The translations under genes and the position numbers were made by a program. A stretch of 64,000 nucleotides of DNA, taken from contig OZ260666.1 in the NCBI GenBank assembly GCA_965285935.1, positions 7,130,001 through 7,194,000 of the forward strand, read 5' to 3'. This DNA is from Ophelia neglecta. Lineage: Eukaryota. Every line of letters begins with the position of its first letter. The first letter of the stretch is position 1. The notes under the pieces are model-generated. The model had not been told where the DNA came from, did not search any database, and worked only from the letters and a program-made list of their open reading frames with translations. Shown in pieces: positions 14,664-27,478 of the stretch.

Positions 14664-17600
14664 GTGAGTTTTCGGTTTTTTCACTACCTTGACGCCGTCC
14701 TGTCCTGTTATTTGTTATTGCATCTTAGATCTGGGTGCAACAGGCTGGTGGGGAGGGGGGGATGTATGTTTGCAAGCCTGTTCGTGGTTAACAGCTATAG
14801 GGTAGGACGGTAGGGGAGGAGGGGGAGAGGAGAATTAATGCTTTGTGAATCAGCTGTATTGACATTGGTTTTCACCTCGTAGAGGGCATCCATGACCCAA
14901 GAGTCCCTCGCTCACTGGGTGGTATGGGTTTTCTCCTGGCTAGACGGAACCTGGGTCCCGCAGAATCCCTGGCCCATGGCATGGTATATCTTTTCATTCC
15001 CAGCTGGAGTCTCTTGGAGCCCAGGAAGCCCCCTGAGGGTGTGGTATTATTTTCCCCTCCGAGTGAGGGTCAAGGAACTAGGCCACTGAACTCTTCTCTG
15101 GCTATGGTATATGTTCCACTCCCTGGGGACGGCTGAAAGGCACATTACTCATTTACTTGGGGATAATCCATACCTAACCGCCAAAACACTCCCTATAACA
15201 TGACTTCTCAGGCCCCACCGCCCCCCACCCCCGAAATCTGTCTATTCAGGCATCTGCTTGTAACTGCTGAGAGGTATTTTTGTGTGAGAGGTGATTAGTA
15301 AACAAGAGAATGTCAGGCGGTACAGGTGTTATCTTTATCCTTTCTCCTCAGTGATTTGTGAGCCTCCCACTCAGGTGTTTACTATGAGATACTGTGTACT
15401 TGGACTGGTATTTATGTACCTTGGGCTGATTGTCCGTCTGTACCCTTCTAGCGAGTGGCTACTTGTTAACAAATACCGTTTTTTGAAACATTTTATCGTT
15501 GATATTGCTCAAATTAATTGTTGTTTGTCAATTATTACAGTAAGTGTTTATCTCTATAGTAGGCTAGCGGCTAAAACTGAAAACAAAAAACTTATAACAT
15601 GAGAAAACTTTGTTCTATAGTTAATATTCTGGCCCGCAGTCAGCTTATAGTAACACATCAGAGGCCAGGTTAAGATGGAGTGTAATATTTGAAGTGTACT
15701 ATGTTTGTGACATGCCTCCCCGTTGAAAGAATCGTTTCAAATGTTCCATTTTGGATCAGGAATTTATTTTAAATCGTGTCCTAGTAGTCCGATACCTCTA
15801 CCTTTTGGGCAGTGAGCAAGAACCTCATTTCCCCAACTAGATGTCGGTAGGAAATGTGTGGAGATTTCTTTACCTTAGACACCAGATCTGCTTTCGCACA
15901 AAAACCTATGTGGGAAGGGATGCCTTTGTGTCCTTAACACAACACAAACTGATGGAAAAACTCAGGCCCTTATAGATTTAATTGCTGTTCTCATCCGATT
16001 TTTTAACAGGTCTCTCCTTTATTACAGGTAATACTGCATCAAACCGATCATCTCTACGTGTTATCCCAAGAAAACTCGGGACAATCATGGACTAGCAGGG
16101 ACACGCATAGAGAATTACCTCAATGTCCGGCGACGGGGAGAACAGCACAATAGGCACATCATTGATTGATTAACAGATGGGATCGCGGGCAGGACGTGTC
16201 TGAACGGGTCGAAGGACGTGTCTGAACGCGTCGAAGGACCTGTCTGAACGCGTCAGAAGGAGGTTTAATCTGCTAGTTTTTGTGATGCAGAGGATTTATA
16301 CCAAGGTAACTACGAGTTTAATTGTAACTATGCGTGTTAATCGAGAACTGTTCATGAGGAGATGAAACAATCCTGAATTCTGTTTAATATTTCTTTCACG
16401 GTGGTGATAGCTCTGGATATCGTACCCAGAAACCTCTGGCTAGTTTTAAATAGTGTGGTTCACAGTAGCTACATAGTTCATATAAGCCACTTACATTTTA
16501 ACATTGAAAAAAAATCCTATTATAAAATAAAATGTAAGGCACTTTAAATCGACATACTATTTTAATGTTAATTATATTAGAACTACCTAGTGCCATGTTA
16601 ATAAAATACACTTTTCAACTGAACATGTAAAGTCCCATGTTAATATGAATATATATCACCTTTGAACTCGGATACATCACGCTATACTGAGTTATTATTA
16701 TTATGATGATATTCTTATAACATAAAATGCTTATTTCCCAGGTCACGACTCACATTGCCAGATTCTGAGAGGAATGAGGTGTCACCCAATACAGACCGTC
16801 AGAGGGTACACTACGTATTGTGTGGAGGATGTTTACGGAGAGGATTTGCCCATGTGAATGGCTCCATGTGTGTCACATCCCTCTGACTATATCATCCGAG
16901 GGAGACACCCGGATGTACTGTGTATAAAGCAGGAGTAGAAGATACTGTATCGGCCTCTTTAACTTCACTGCTGGATTACATGTTCTGGATATATTGGCCC
17001 CAAATGTTGTTTAGGTATGACCATTTGTCAGATGTGTGATTCTTAGGAAAGTGTCTGCAAGGAAGAATCACATCACCCGCATGGGAATCACTGATACCGA
17101 GACAGGTCAGAATCATTGACAGGTCTAACTGGAATCTTATGCTCGGGTTGTCTCCTTGCTGTACCTAACACCGTATATCTAACTTTAGTCTGCTGATTGG
17201 CAGTCTCCCTGCTGTCTGCCGCGTGGCAGTCTCCCTGCTGTCTCCTGACTGGCGGTACCCGAGCCGTTCCTCACACAGCTGTACCCTCTCAGATGCAGAG
17301 TCCAGACGCCCTAGATATGAGCCAATATCAATAGCACACCTGTGTATTAGGCATGCACTGCACACATTGACAGTCAGAACCGAGAACCATCCGAATGCCT
17401 GCCCGTTGTAATTGATTGAAGCTCCTCTGATGGCTTGGATAAGGTTTCCTCTATCTTCAAGTCAATACTAATGTCCTGCGCATGAATCTCTTATCGCACT
17501 AATTCAGAAAAACGCTCAGATTGTTCACTCGAAGATAAATTGATTGTCTAAATAGTCAGCTGTCAGCAATCAGCATCCCACGATGGCTGCTACCTGAATG

Positions 17601-18069
17601 TGCTTAATGGAGGAGAGTGGCATTGATTTCTGATTGGCAAGCACATGCAGACCATAATAATCAATTCGTCTGCTCCAAAGCACGGAGATTTTTTTTTTTA
17701 TAACTGTATAGGATTCACTTTATCTATCATCAGTAACTTGTACAGCCCAAAAGATCATATTGTGCACGGTTAACCTGGACTACACCGATTACCATCAGGA
17801 TTACCGCTAGCTTTGATTACAACCAAGATTACACCTGATTGATTACAACCACGATTACAAACAGGTAGATCCAGGGTTACTTTTACAATTAAGACCAGAT
17901 ACAACCACTGTCACAATACAAGTCAGGGTTGATTACAGCCATAATAACCAAGTAATTGAGTGGAGAAACTAAGAACAGCAGTACGAATTTCGAAACAATA
18001 CAATCGTCTGCAGGTCTTGGGTTGAGCCAAAACCTGAAAGAAACGACAAATTAAGAGTTAACAAAAACC

Positions 18070-18348
18070 GATGTTACAAGGACAAAATGGACTTTTAAAA
18101 CCTAGTCCCAGAGTGCTATACAATATAGAACGCATAGGTTACAAGGATAAAATAGACTTTTAAAACCTAGTCCCAAAGTGCTATACGATATAGAACGCGA
18201 AGGTTACAAGGATAAAATAGACTTTTAAAACCTAGTCCCACAGTGCTATACGATATAGAACGCGCAGGTTACAAGGATAAAATCGACCTTTAAAACCTAG
18301 ACCCGCCGTGCTATACGATATAGAACGCGCAGGTTACAAGGACAAAAC
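18070..18348. repeat. 65-bp minisatellite
   Basis: gttacaagga at 18073, 18138, 18203, 18268, 18332. Confidence 0.9.
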
Positions 18349-19184
18349 GGAGTTTACAAGACTCAAAGGAATATCCAAGGATCTGTGAACATTTGTCCAT
18401 AACCTGAAAATATGAAGAAACTACCGGCTGATGACGTAAATATTTACCTTCTTGTTTATTTACCTGTTGTTTATTGTTGTGTAATTGTTCTATAGGTAAA
18501 CAGATTTGTCTGTATGGTAGCCACTGGCATGCAGGTAACATGTATATAGCAGGTTTAAAAAGTAAAAATTCTCATTGGATATGAAGGCGTGAATGTAGCA
18601 ATTATATATGTAAAGGATTAGTTATTCAAACACATAAACCGTGAGGCGCGAAATATTCGCTTGCTTTTAATATTCGCGACTTTTACGAGGCCTGACGACA
18701 TCTTCTCCAAAACCGCAAACATAGAATACCTGAAAAATACCTAAACTCTAAACATTTAACATACACAAAATAAATATAACAAAAGGTGGTCCTGGGACAA
18801 ATCCAGGATACAATGGATAAGCCTGGTTTAATAACTTCATGAAATGGGTCCGTGGAAATATGGCTTGTCTAGTCCCAGCGCCCAGCGGGGTCCGGCTGTT
18901 GTCAACCCTTGTATTCAAATAACATGTATGACAAACTGTGATATTTGTAGCTGTAATTTCCTGTGAGCCGAGAATTACCATTACCGGCACCACAAACTCG
19001 AGAATTTAAATGCGTTGTTAGCCGGAAACTATGCTGTGATGTCCTGTTACAGGAGGCGATGACAAACAGATAAAAGATGTCTGGGGAAATGCATTATACT
19101 TATAAGACAAAGGGTTATCGGCATGGCGTCTAAGCTATATACATTATAACGCACACAATGACCTGTATGTAGGGAGCAGGCAAT

Positions 19185-19515
19185 GTTCCAGTTAAGGGAA
19201 GTTGGGAGCTTTCTCCTTTGGAGAGCCAAGGGATGTAGGTGTCTTCGCGTTGGATTCCCCTGTTCCAGGTAATGTAAGTTGGGAGCCTTCTCCTTTGGAG
19301 AGCCAAGAGATGTAGGTGTCTGCTCGTTTGTTTCCCCTGTTCCAGGTAGGGTAAGCGGGGACCCTTGGCCCTTTTAAAGTTAGAGGATATCGGGATATTC
19401 CAGTTGATTATCTGAACAACTAATCAAGTCAGTTTCTGGCAACAGTTAATTTTTTAGCAGAGGAAAACTGGGAGCCTTATGTTTGGGAGAGCCACAAGAT
19501 ATAGGAGTCTTCCCG
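19185..19515. repeat. ~78-bp degenerate tandem repeat
   Basis: gttccag...aagttgggagc.ttctcctttggagagccaag.gatgtaggtgtc repeated. Confidence 0.7.
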
Positions 19516-21049
19516 TTGGCGGTATGTAAAGTTAGGCTACTAGCCTAGATATAAAGACAAGGGCATTAGTGAGGTGACCTGAAGGCTGTGTGAAGTTTCT
19601 TCTCTTACCAGTATGCTATGGCGTGGTCCTAAACACGGGGCAGCATGCAGTATCACTGATTAGATTAGATCAAATATGAAATGAGGCTGGGTATTAGAAT
19701 CTAGCTGATACGGTGCTTACATTTAAACGATACACTGTAATATCTGGCAGGTGACACCTATCCCACCCTCTCCAAGGCACCCTCCAAGCTACCAGACCAA
19801 TTTTCTGCGAGCGGACACTTGTCCAACACCTCCCTCCAAGCCAAAGCCACCGGGCCCCTCTCTGGCAAGGAACACTAATGACACAACCTCAAACCACCAA
19901 CCCCCCCCCTCCCCGACCACTCCATGGGAAGGGCCACCAAAAACACACTCTCTTTAACCCTCTTGAGCAGTCCATGGTAAGAAAGACTGAAGCCAAAACC
20001 TCATTAGCCCTCGGAACACGCCCTTGGAAGGGCGACATAAACTACCCGCTCCCTAAACCCAAAGATCACATTGTGGAAGGGGAAACCCTTACTACTGTCT
20101 GCCAGAGGACACTGAGACCACCCCCACCCCCTTTGGGGCACAGGTACGCGAGGGTCTATATCGGCTACTACCTATAATAACTAGTTATTATATGTAGTAG
20201 TCGATATAGACGCCTCGCGAACCTGTGCTTGGGGGGGGGGGGTGGAGGATAGTCGGATAGTCGGCGGCGAGGTATTGTGGGCATACCTTACGCTGACCTA
20301 GCCTCGCAACCCCCCTCCGGCGGGGCAGACTAAAGCCCTAAGCCCCCCCCCCCCCCACACACACACACACAAGTGTACCCTTGAGAAGTAGTGTCAACTT
20401 TGATGGATATTCCACCTCAACAGGTCAGTTTCCATTCGTTAGTAGTAACCAGGTAGTATAGACAGTTGTAACCTATGTGGTGGTAGAATCACTTCCAATA
20501 ATCAAGTTTAAACTACTTGCTTATTTTCATTCTAATAGTAGTGCCAATCTATGTGTTGTGGTAGTACTGAGAATTATGTAGATTTTGATACTACTGGGAG
20601 TAACAAGCCTCTCTGTTGATGGTTTAATACATAAAAGACATGGATGATAATAAACTTTAGACGCTCCATAATCAATATATTCACTTCCTTTGAGCCTTCC
20701 GTCTTTATGATTATATGGCTATTATAAACTCCAGGTTACAGTATTCTCTCCTATAATCCATTGTTCCGATGGTATTCCTTGTCCAGGTTTTGTTTGTGTT
20801 TTCATTTGCACTATATGGCGCTATAGAGAGTCACAAGGTATACATGGGTACCCACTGTGTGTAATGGACGTACATAGGTCCCCTTAACACTGTGTGTAAT
20901 AGGCGTGTAATAGGTGTACATGTGTCATCCAAACGCTGTGGAGCTTCACGGGAAGAGCCCACACTCAAGGGCAAATTCTCATGGGCAGAATTTGTGATAA
21001 AAGCGGAGTTGGCGATTGATTATTGTTAGACATTCTGCTCGGTGTCACT

Positions 21050-21860
21050 TCCCGGTTTATAGTATTTCTCAGCTTACAGTATTACCCCGTTAAACGTATT
21101 TCCTTGTTTACAGTATTTCCCAGTTTACACTATTTCACCTTTACATTTATCCCGGTTCACAGGATTTCGTGGTTTAAAATATTTTCTGGTTTATAGTATT
21201 TCCCAGCTTACAGTATTTCCCCGTTAAACGTATTTCCTAGTTTACAGTATTTCCAAGTTAGTTTTATTCCCGATGTACATTATTTCCTGGTTTATAGTAT
21301 TTCCCAGTTTACAGTATTTCACCTTTACATTTATCCCGGTTCACAGGATTTCGTGGTTTAAAATATTTTCTGGTTTGGAGTATTTCCAGGTTTATGTCCC
21401 AGAATATTTCTCATTTTACAGAATTTCCCTGCTTTCATTATTTCATGGTTTATACTATTTCATGGTTTTTAATATTTCCCGGTTTACTGTATTTCCCGTT
21501 TTATAGAATTTTCCAGTTTACAGTTTTTGCACATTTGCAGCATTTTCCGATTTTTTAGTTAAGAGCATGTCTAAGTTTGCAGTATTTCCCTGGATTTCAT
21601 GGTTTTAATATTTTCCGTTTTACAGTATTTCCCAGATTACAGTTGTTCTCCTGTACAGTATATCCATGTTCACAGTTTTTCCCCCATTAACAATATTTTC
21701 CGGTTTACAGTGTTTCTAGTTTGGACCATATCCCGGTTTACAGTAAATCCAAGTTTACAGTATTGTTCGGTTAATTCACGGATTACCGTATTGCCCCGTT
21801 AAGGGTATTTAATAGATAACTGTATGTCCCAGTTTAAATTATTTACAGTATTTCTTAGAT
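21050..21860. repeat. Degenerate ~20-bp T-rich minisatellite
   Basis: Variants of ccggtttacagtatttc throughout, with a longer internal duplication. Confidence 0.8.
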
Positions 21861-24800
21861 CCGGAATATTCAGACTGCGTTCTTAGGTAACTCGGCATTG
21901 AACATTTTGTCAATTTTACCAAGGTATTCCCCAGGGTTTGGTATAGATTTGTCTTAAGCACTGAATTCAGAGCGTTCAAAGCCTGCCCAAGTTCTGGCTT
22001 GTTATACTGCTAGTTATCTGCCAATACCGATGTGTAGTCTACTGCCCGTTGAAGGCTACCCGATGCTCCCGAGTTGTATTCACTGTTTAAGGCGCTTCAT
22101 GCTTATTACAATCAATAGTCTTAAGAAAATAGCACCAAGCAATCAAAACAAGAAACACAGGCAGGCTTGTCCCTTTACTCCTGGGATTAATAAATGTAAG
22201 CAGGTTGTTTGTCTCAGCTGGATGGAATCACCTTAATATACCGAAAACAAAATTAAAGCCAAAAATTACCAAACGACCTTGGCCCCGTGGGATTTACATT
22301 AATGTATTACCAGGGGCTACTGAAATATAAATAAGGGCTTTAATATCTAAAACATTACACTAGGAGGTTGTCTAGTGTACCTCCTGTGAAGGTGTAGAAT
22401 TAGGTAAGGGTCTAGAATTAGGACCGAGCTAGTAGCTCCATGGTGGTGAGGAGTGCGGCTTAGGGACAGAGGGCTATTCCCAGAGAGGAGGGTCCACTTC
22501 AAGGGGCTAAGAATCTGATTTTGACATACGACCACCTCTTTATGGAAATACGGAAACAGTGAAGTGGTCGGTACCACCGAGAATTGTTATTATACACAGA
22601 GCTTCCCATGTCAGAGATGTTCCCATAGTCAAGTGGCATGACGACAGGCCAGACACCAAACATCTGAACTGACTGGGATGGTATTGGCAGTTTGACAGCA
22701 GATGTTAGAATATCAATACAAACCTCTTAATATTATCATCCCCCATGTTTGATTATAATAATTATAGCTAAGTAATCAATGGTGGACCTAACAATATCAT
22801 CATTCACTGATGACGGATTATACAACATGAAAGGCCTATGTTTATCAATACTGAAGGGTTTGTCATGAAACCTTCATACTTAATTAGCCCTCCCTCAAGC
22901 CATCAATACCGAGGGGCCTTGTCCTGAATCCACCCTCATATACATGCCTTCCTATAACCATCAACACTGGTGGCTTTACAATGAATCCTCCCTCATACAC
23001 ACGCCTCTTTCTAGCCATCCTGGATTGCTTTGTCATAAATCATGCCTCGTGTTTAGGCACCCTGTATCCATTGTTTCTGAACAGCCTTTTCATGAATCCG
23101 CCCTCATGTATAGGCCAGTTTTAGAATCTGAACTGGGACTAGGAAATATGGTGTGTGTTTACCGTTGAGGAGTATGTGATGAGTCAGGCATCCAAAGTGG
23201 CCATTTGCAGGCCCCGGAATCTGCCGCTATGGTAGTTTAATCCCTGAATAACCGTTTATTTACCCACGAACAACAACCTAGCCGTGTTTGTAGACACAGC
23301 TTGTAACCAATGTTTGAACTTTATTGAATGTTTACTGCCAAATGCCGAACTGAGTCGCTGGTATTGGCCGTTTGACATGTTAACAGTGCTGGGTTCAATA
23401 CATCCTACAAGCACATATGTTACCATGTCCTCTGGGCCACACTGCTCTGCTCTGTGGGCGACTAAACAATACAACTCATTGAACTCTGTTTAAATGTCAT
23501 CAGTTGGTGCTCTGTGTTTAATCAGCGAGACTAGGTAAATGGCTTTGTGGAAGCTGAACTCATCTGGCGTGAGCTCCTCGCTGACGCTGGCCTCATTGAT
23601 TATCGTTAATATCTCATCTGCCGACGATTGCTAACTTAATTTGTGCATTCATCATCCAGTCACTGGGAGACACCTGCGACCTGGTTATATTAATTAATCA
23701 CCGATGATATTGCTTATTTTCCCACTTAGAGCAGTGGATCTGGTTAAATTAAAACAATTATCTAAACAACAACATTTACACAGGACAGAATCCTAACGGG
23801 AGCTAGGGTATAAACATGGGTATCAGCTGGGGGGTCTTGGGGCTAAGCACCACCTCTCCACCCCAACCCCACCCCCACCCCCCCCCCCCGGACATAACCT
23901 GGAGCCACTTGTGAACAGTATATGCCGTCCCTCCTGGTTGGGGACACCCATCCAACACCCACCGTAAGGGAGGTTATGGGGCTCTGCTCACTCTCTGGGA
24001 GGGTATGCCCATCCTAGTCCCCACCCTTTTATACGCCCGGATGGGTGCCCGGGGGGGGGGGGGGGGGCTAGTTCCTATTCCCGGTCGTGTCACCCATCGC
24101 AGTCACACCCTTCTAGTTGGGGTCTTGGAGCTCTCTTTCTGGTGGGTACCCATCCCAATATAAGGGGCGTTGTTGTGTGGGACTAGTGCACTGTTAGGGC
24201 GCTGACATTCCCTTGGTAAGTGCTAAGTAGGCCCGAAGGTTTGCAGTTGACAATAATACTGTTCCGCATATTAAAAACATAACTTTGTCTAGGAAGTAAT
24301 GAAAAGTAACACCCTTGTTTAGCGAAACCTACGAAGATACTTTTCCCCAAAGATATTCTCGCCAAGAAGGACCCTTGTTGGCAGAAATTATATCCTGTTT
24401 GCAGTAACCCCCCCCCCCCCCATATCCCGTCTCCCCCTGGTATTAAGGTATATATACCTCCATGCCTACTTAACTCCAGCTATGAGCCCTGATCACTTGA
24501 TGCCACGTGTCACATCAAACACATGTTTACACCGGAATATAAGTTTATGTATGATACACTGGCGTCCTGGCGTGGATTACATATTGGTTTAGTGAGCTGT
24601 GGCCGGGCAGAACTAACAGAGGCCGTTTCTAGCTGTCTTGAGGCCTTATGAGCTGTGCCTCAGTACTATGTCTATTGATATAAAGCCAGAAGTACAATGT
24701 AACTGACGGTGTGGAGACTGGCAGCGCAGTTTTGTAGATTGTTGCACGCAAAAGGTTTTAATCAATTTAGTGAATCAATAACAGCATGCAAGGAGTGTTT

Positions 24801-24889
24801 AACATGAATACTGCGGGTTATGTCATCTCACACAGCCAGCTGTCCGTGTAACCAGTTAGAGAGAGAATAGTGTAACGGACCTGGCACAG

Positions 24890-25770
24890 CTCTGGAGGCA
24901 GGACAGTACTAACCAGAACAGCACTAACCTGTCGAGAAGAGGTATAACCTTACTAACTCCAGTCTCTGTGAGATCTGACCGTGAGATCTGACAGTGACAT
25001 CCCACCACTGACAGAGCACTCAGAGCTATGGAGGCAGGACATCACTGACCTGTAGTGATAGGGCGAAAGTAGTATAACCTTACTAACTCCAGTGTCCGTG
25101 AGATCTGACAGTGAGGTCAGAGGTCAGAGCTTTTGAGGCAGGACACACAGAGCTACGGAGGCAGGACATCACTAACCTGTCGTTATATAGAGAAAGAAGT
25201 ATAACCTTACTAACTCCAGTCTCCGTGATAACTGACTGTGGGGTGCGATTGTGAAATCTGACAGCTCGAAAGAGGTGTAACCTTCCTAACCCCGGTCTCC
25301 GTGAGATCCGACCGTTAGATCTGACTAGGATCTGTCAGAACACGCAGAGCTCTGGAAGCAGATCACTAACTGTATAGTCAGTGACAGTCAGATCTTGGAG
25401 GGGTATGAGGGACAGCACTACCTGAGAGATCAGTCGACAGATAAACAACGGTATTACCGTACTAACCCAGTCTCTGTGACGTCTGACAGACAGATATTCA
25501 GACACCTAAATTGCGGGATTGTAGACTTTAGGAAATTCAGACTGTACAACGTTCATATTGTAGGATATCTATTGGTGTTGTGATATCCATTTTGTACATT
25601 ATTCGGATTGTAGGATATTCAGACTGGTTTAGATTCAGATTGTACAATATTTAGCTTGTTGAATATTCAAGTGGTAGGATAATCAAAATGTAGCATGTCC
25701 AGATTGTACAACATTCATATTGTAGGATTGTAAGATTGTAGGAGATTCAGATTGTAGGATATTCTGCTAG
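24890..25770. repeat. Compound repeat: ~120-bp units followed by a ~16-bp attcagattgtaggat array
   Basis: gtataaccttactaactccagt.tc.gtgagatctgac recurs; cagagct..ggaggcaggaca recurs. Confidence 0.75.
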
Positions 25771-26089
25771 AATAAAACCAGGAGTTTTGTGCTCGGACGA
25801 GGCCTGGCTCCGGCCAATGAACTAATACATTTATACTTGGTATCTTTCAGGTATATGTATGTGGTGTTGTGGAATACATTGGCAAGTTTTATGACATAAA
25901 CTCACCTGTCGTGATACACAGGGCGTGTAGTTAGGCCACCTGGTGTGATACAGGACAAAACTGACTTGCCGTGATACAGAGGCCTGGTGTTAGGCCGCCT
26001 TTTGTGAGGCTGTTAGATAGTGTATCGGCGGGTATAGATAACACCATAAGGATTGTTTATCGTTAACCACATAACCAGTCCTGTGTTGG

Positions 26090-26143
26090 ATGGCTGGTTG
26101 TCCACGAGCGGGTCTGTTTTGTGCCGCTCTGGGGAGATTCCAG
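26090..26143 (+). CDS. Weaker candidate first exon MAGCPRAGLFCAALGRFQ
   Basis: 18 codons to a phase-0 donor CAG|GTAATT in the CpG-rich region; poor start context. Confidence 0.25.
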
Positions 26144-26421
26144 GTAATTTCCGTAGTGTTTTTATCTGCCATCCATACACACAGGCACAGCTGGCTGATA
26201 GCCGCGTGATTATCACCTAACTACGGTCGATTGCTTTATCGTCTAGTTTATTGGCCGTTTTACGGCAAGCTGACAAGATTTTCGCGGCGGCCACTCAGTC
26301 CTCTGGTCCGGATTCGGGTCCGGGCGCGGAGAGCAGGTGTAACAGTAGCAGCCGGGAACGGCTTCAGGAGTTACGAGTCCAATCAGACGTCTTGATCAAG
26401 GATCCTCGGGCGAGGAAGACG

Positions 26422-26457
26422 ATGGATCCCGGGTCGGAGGAGGACATGGAAGATCCG
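26422..26457 (+). CDS. Candidate alternative first coding exon MDPGSEEDMEDP
   Basis: acgATGg context at the end of a CpG-rich block; phase-0 donor CCG|GTGGGT; acidic like the DPP6 long-form segment before ELVGS; its 3' edge seeds the 83-bp repeat. Confidence 0.5.
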
Positions 26458-27478
26458 GTGGGTTACTCTGTTTAGTTTATCAGAGTATTTTAATAAGGTT
26501 TGGTATTATTATACGACCCGAGGAGGACATGGTAGAGCCGGTGGGGAACCCTGTTTAGTTTATCAGAGTAGTTTAGTGAGGTTTAGTATTATTATTCGAT
26601 CCAAGGAGGACATGGTAGAGCCGGTGGGGAACCCTGTTTAGTTTATCAGAGTAGTTTAGTGAGGTTTAGTATTATTATACGATCCGAGAAGGACATGGCA
26701 GAGCCGGTGGGGAACCCTGTTTAGTTTATCAGAGTAGTTTAGTGAGGTTTAGTATTATTAAACGATCCGAGGAGGACATGGTAGAGCCGGTGGGGAACCC
26801 TGTTTAGTTTACCAGAGTATTTTAGTTAAGGTTATTATTATTAAATGACCCGAGCAGGTCTTCGAAGATCCGGTGGGTGATCCAGATCAGATTAACAGGG
26901 TATTTTAAATAAGTTAGTAGTATTAATGGATCCAAAGAGTAAATCAAAGTTCTGGTGGGTGACCCTGTTGAATTGAAGTTTATTTGTCAGTTCATAGTAA
27001 TTTTACATATTGGAATACATATTGGAATACATACTGGAATACATAATACTCTACATTTTTGAGTGACAAAAGGGGTTAACTGAAGCAGATAAGAGCTTAT
27101 TGGACCCCATTTAATTATAACAATACATACAATTGATTTAATTCTGACAATCAAGATAAATAGACAAGAACTGTCGAAAATAATATACAATGACGAAAAA
27201 AACATCACACAATGCTAAAAAGGAAAGAAAGAAAGCAACCCTCCCCCCACCCCGTGGGTGTACAACGTGGGCAAGATTCTGACAGGAAGGAGTTTGGAAG
27301 TCAGTGGCAAGTGAACATTAGTTAACTAATAGTAGTTAAGTAAGGTTTCTTATTATTATACGATCTGAGGAAGACATGGTAGAGCCGCTGGGTGACCCTG
27401 CTTGGTTAATCAGAGTAGTTTAGTGAGGTTTAGTATTTTTATACGACCCGAGGAGGACATGGTAGAGCCTGTGGCTGA
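26436..27478. repeat. 83-bp tandem array interrupted by an unrelated ~350-bp AT-rich segment
   Basis: gaggaggacatggtagagccggtggggaaccctgtttagtttatcagagtagtttagtgaggtttagtattatta, about 6 copies plus 2 after ~27330. Confidence 0.9.

Noticed and set aside
18638-18740. MITE-like terminus (gcgaaatattcgc...aatattcgcg)
   Set aside because: Fragment only, with no partner end or TSD identified.
26436-26970. Regular repeat arrays (also 18070-18348, 12970-13460) as CRISPR
   Set aside because: No unique spacers or cas genes, and the context is eukaryotic; these are plain tandem repeats.
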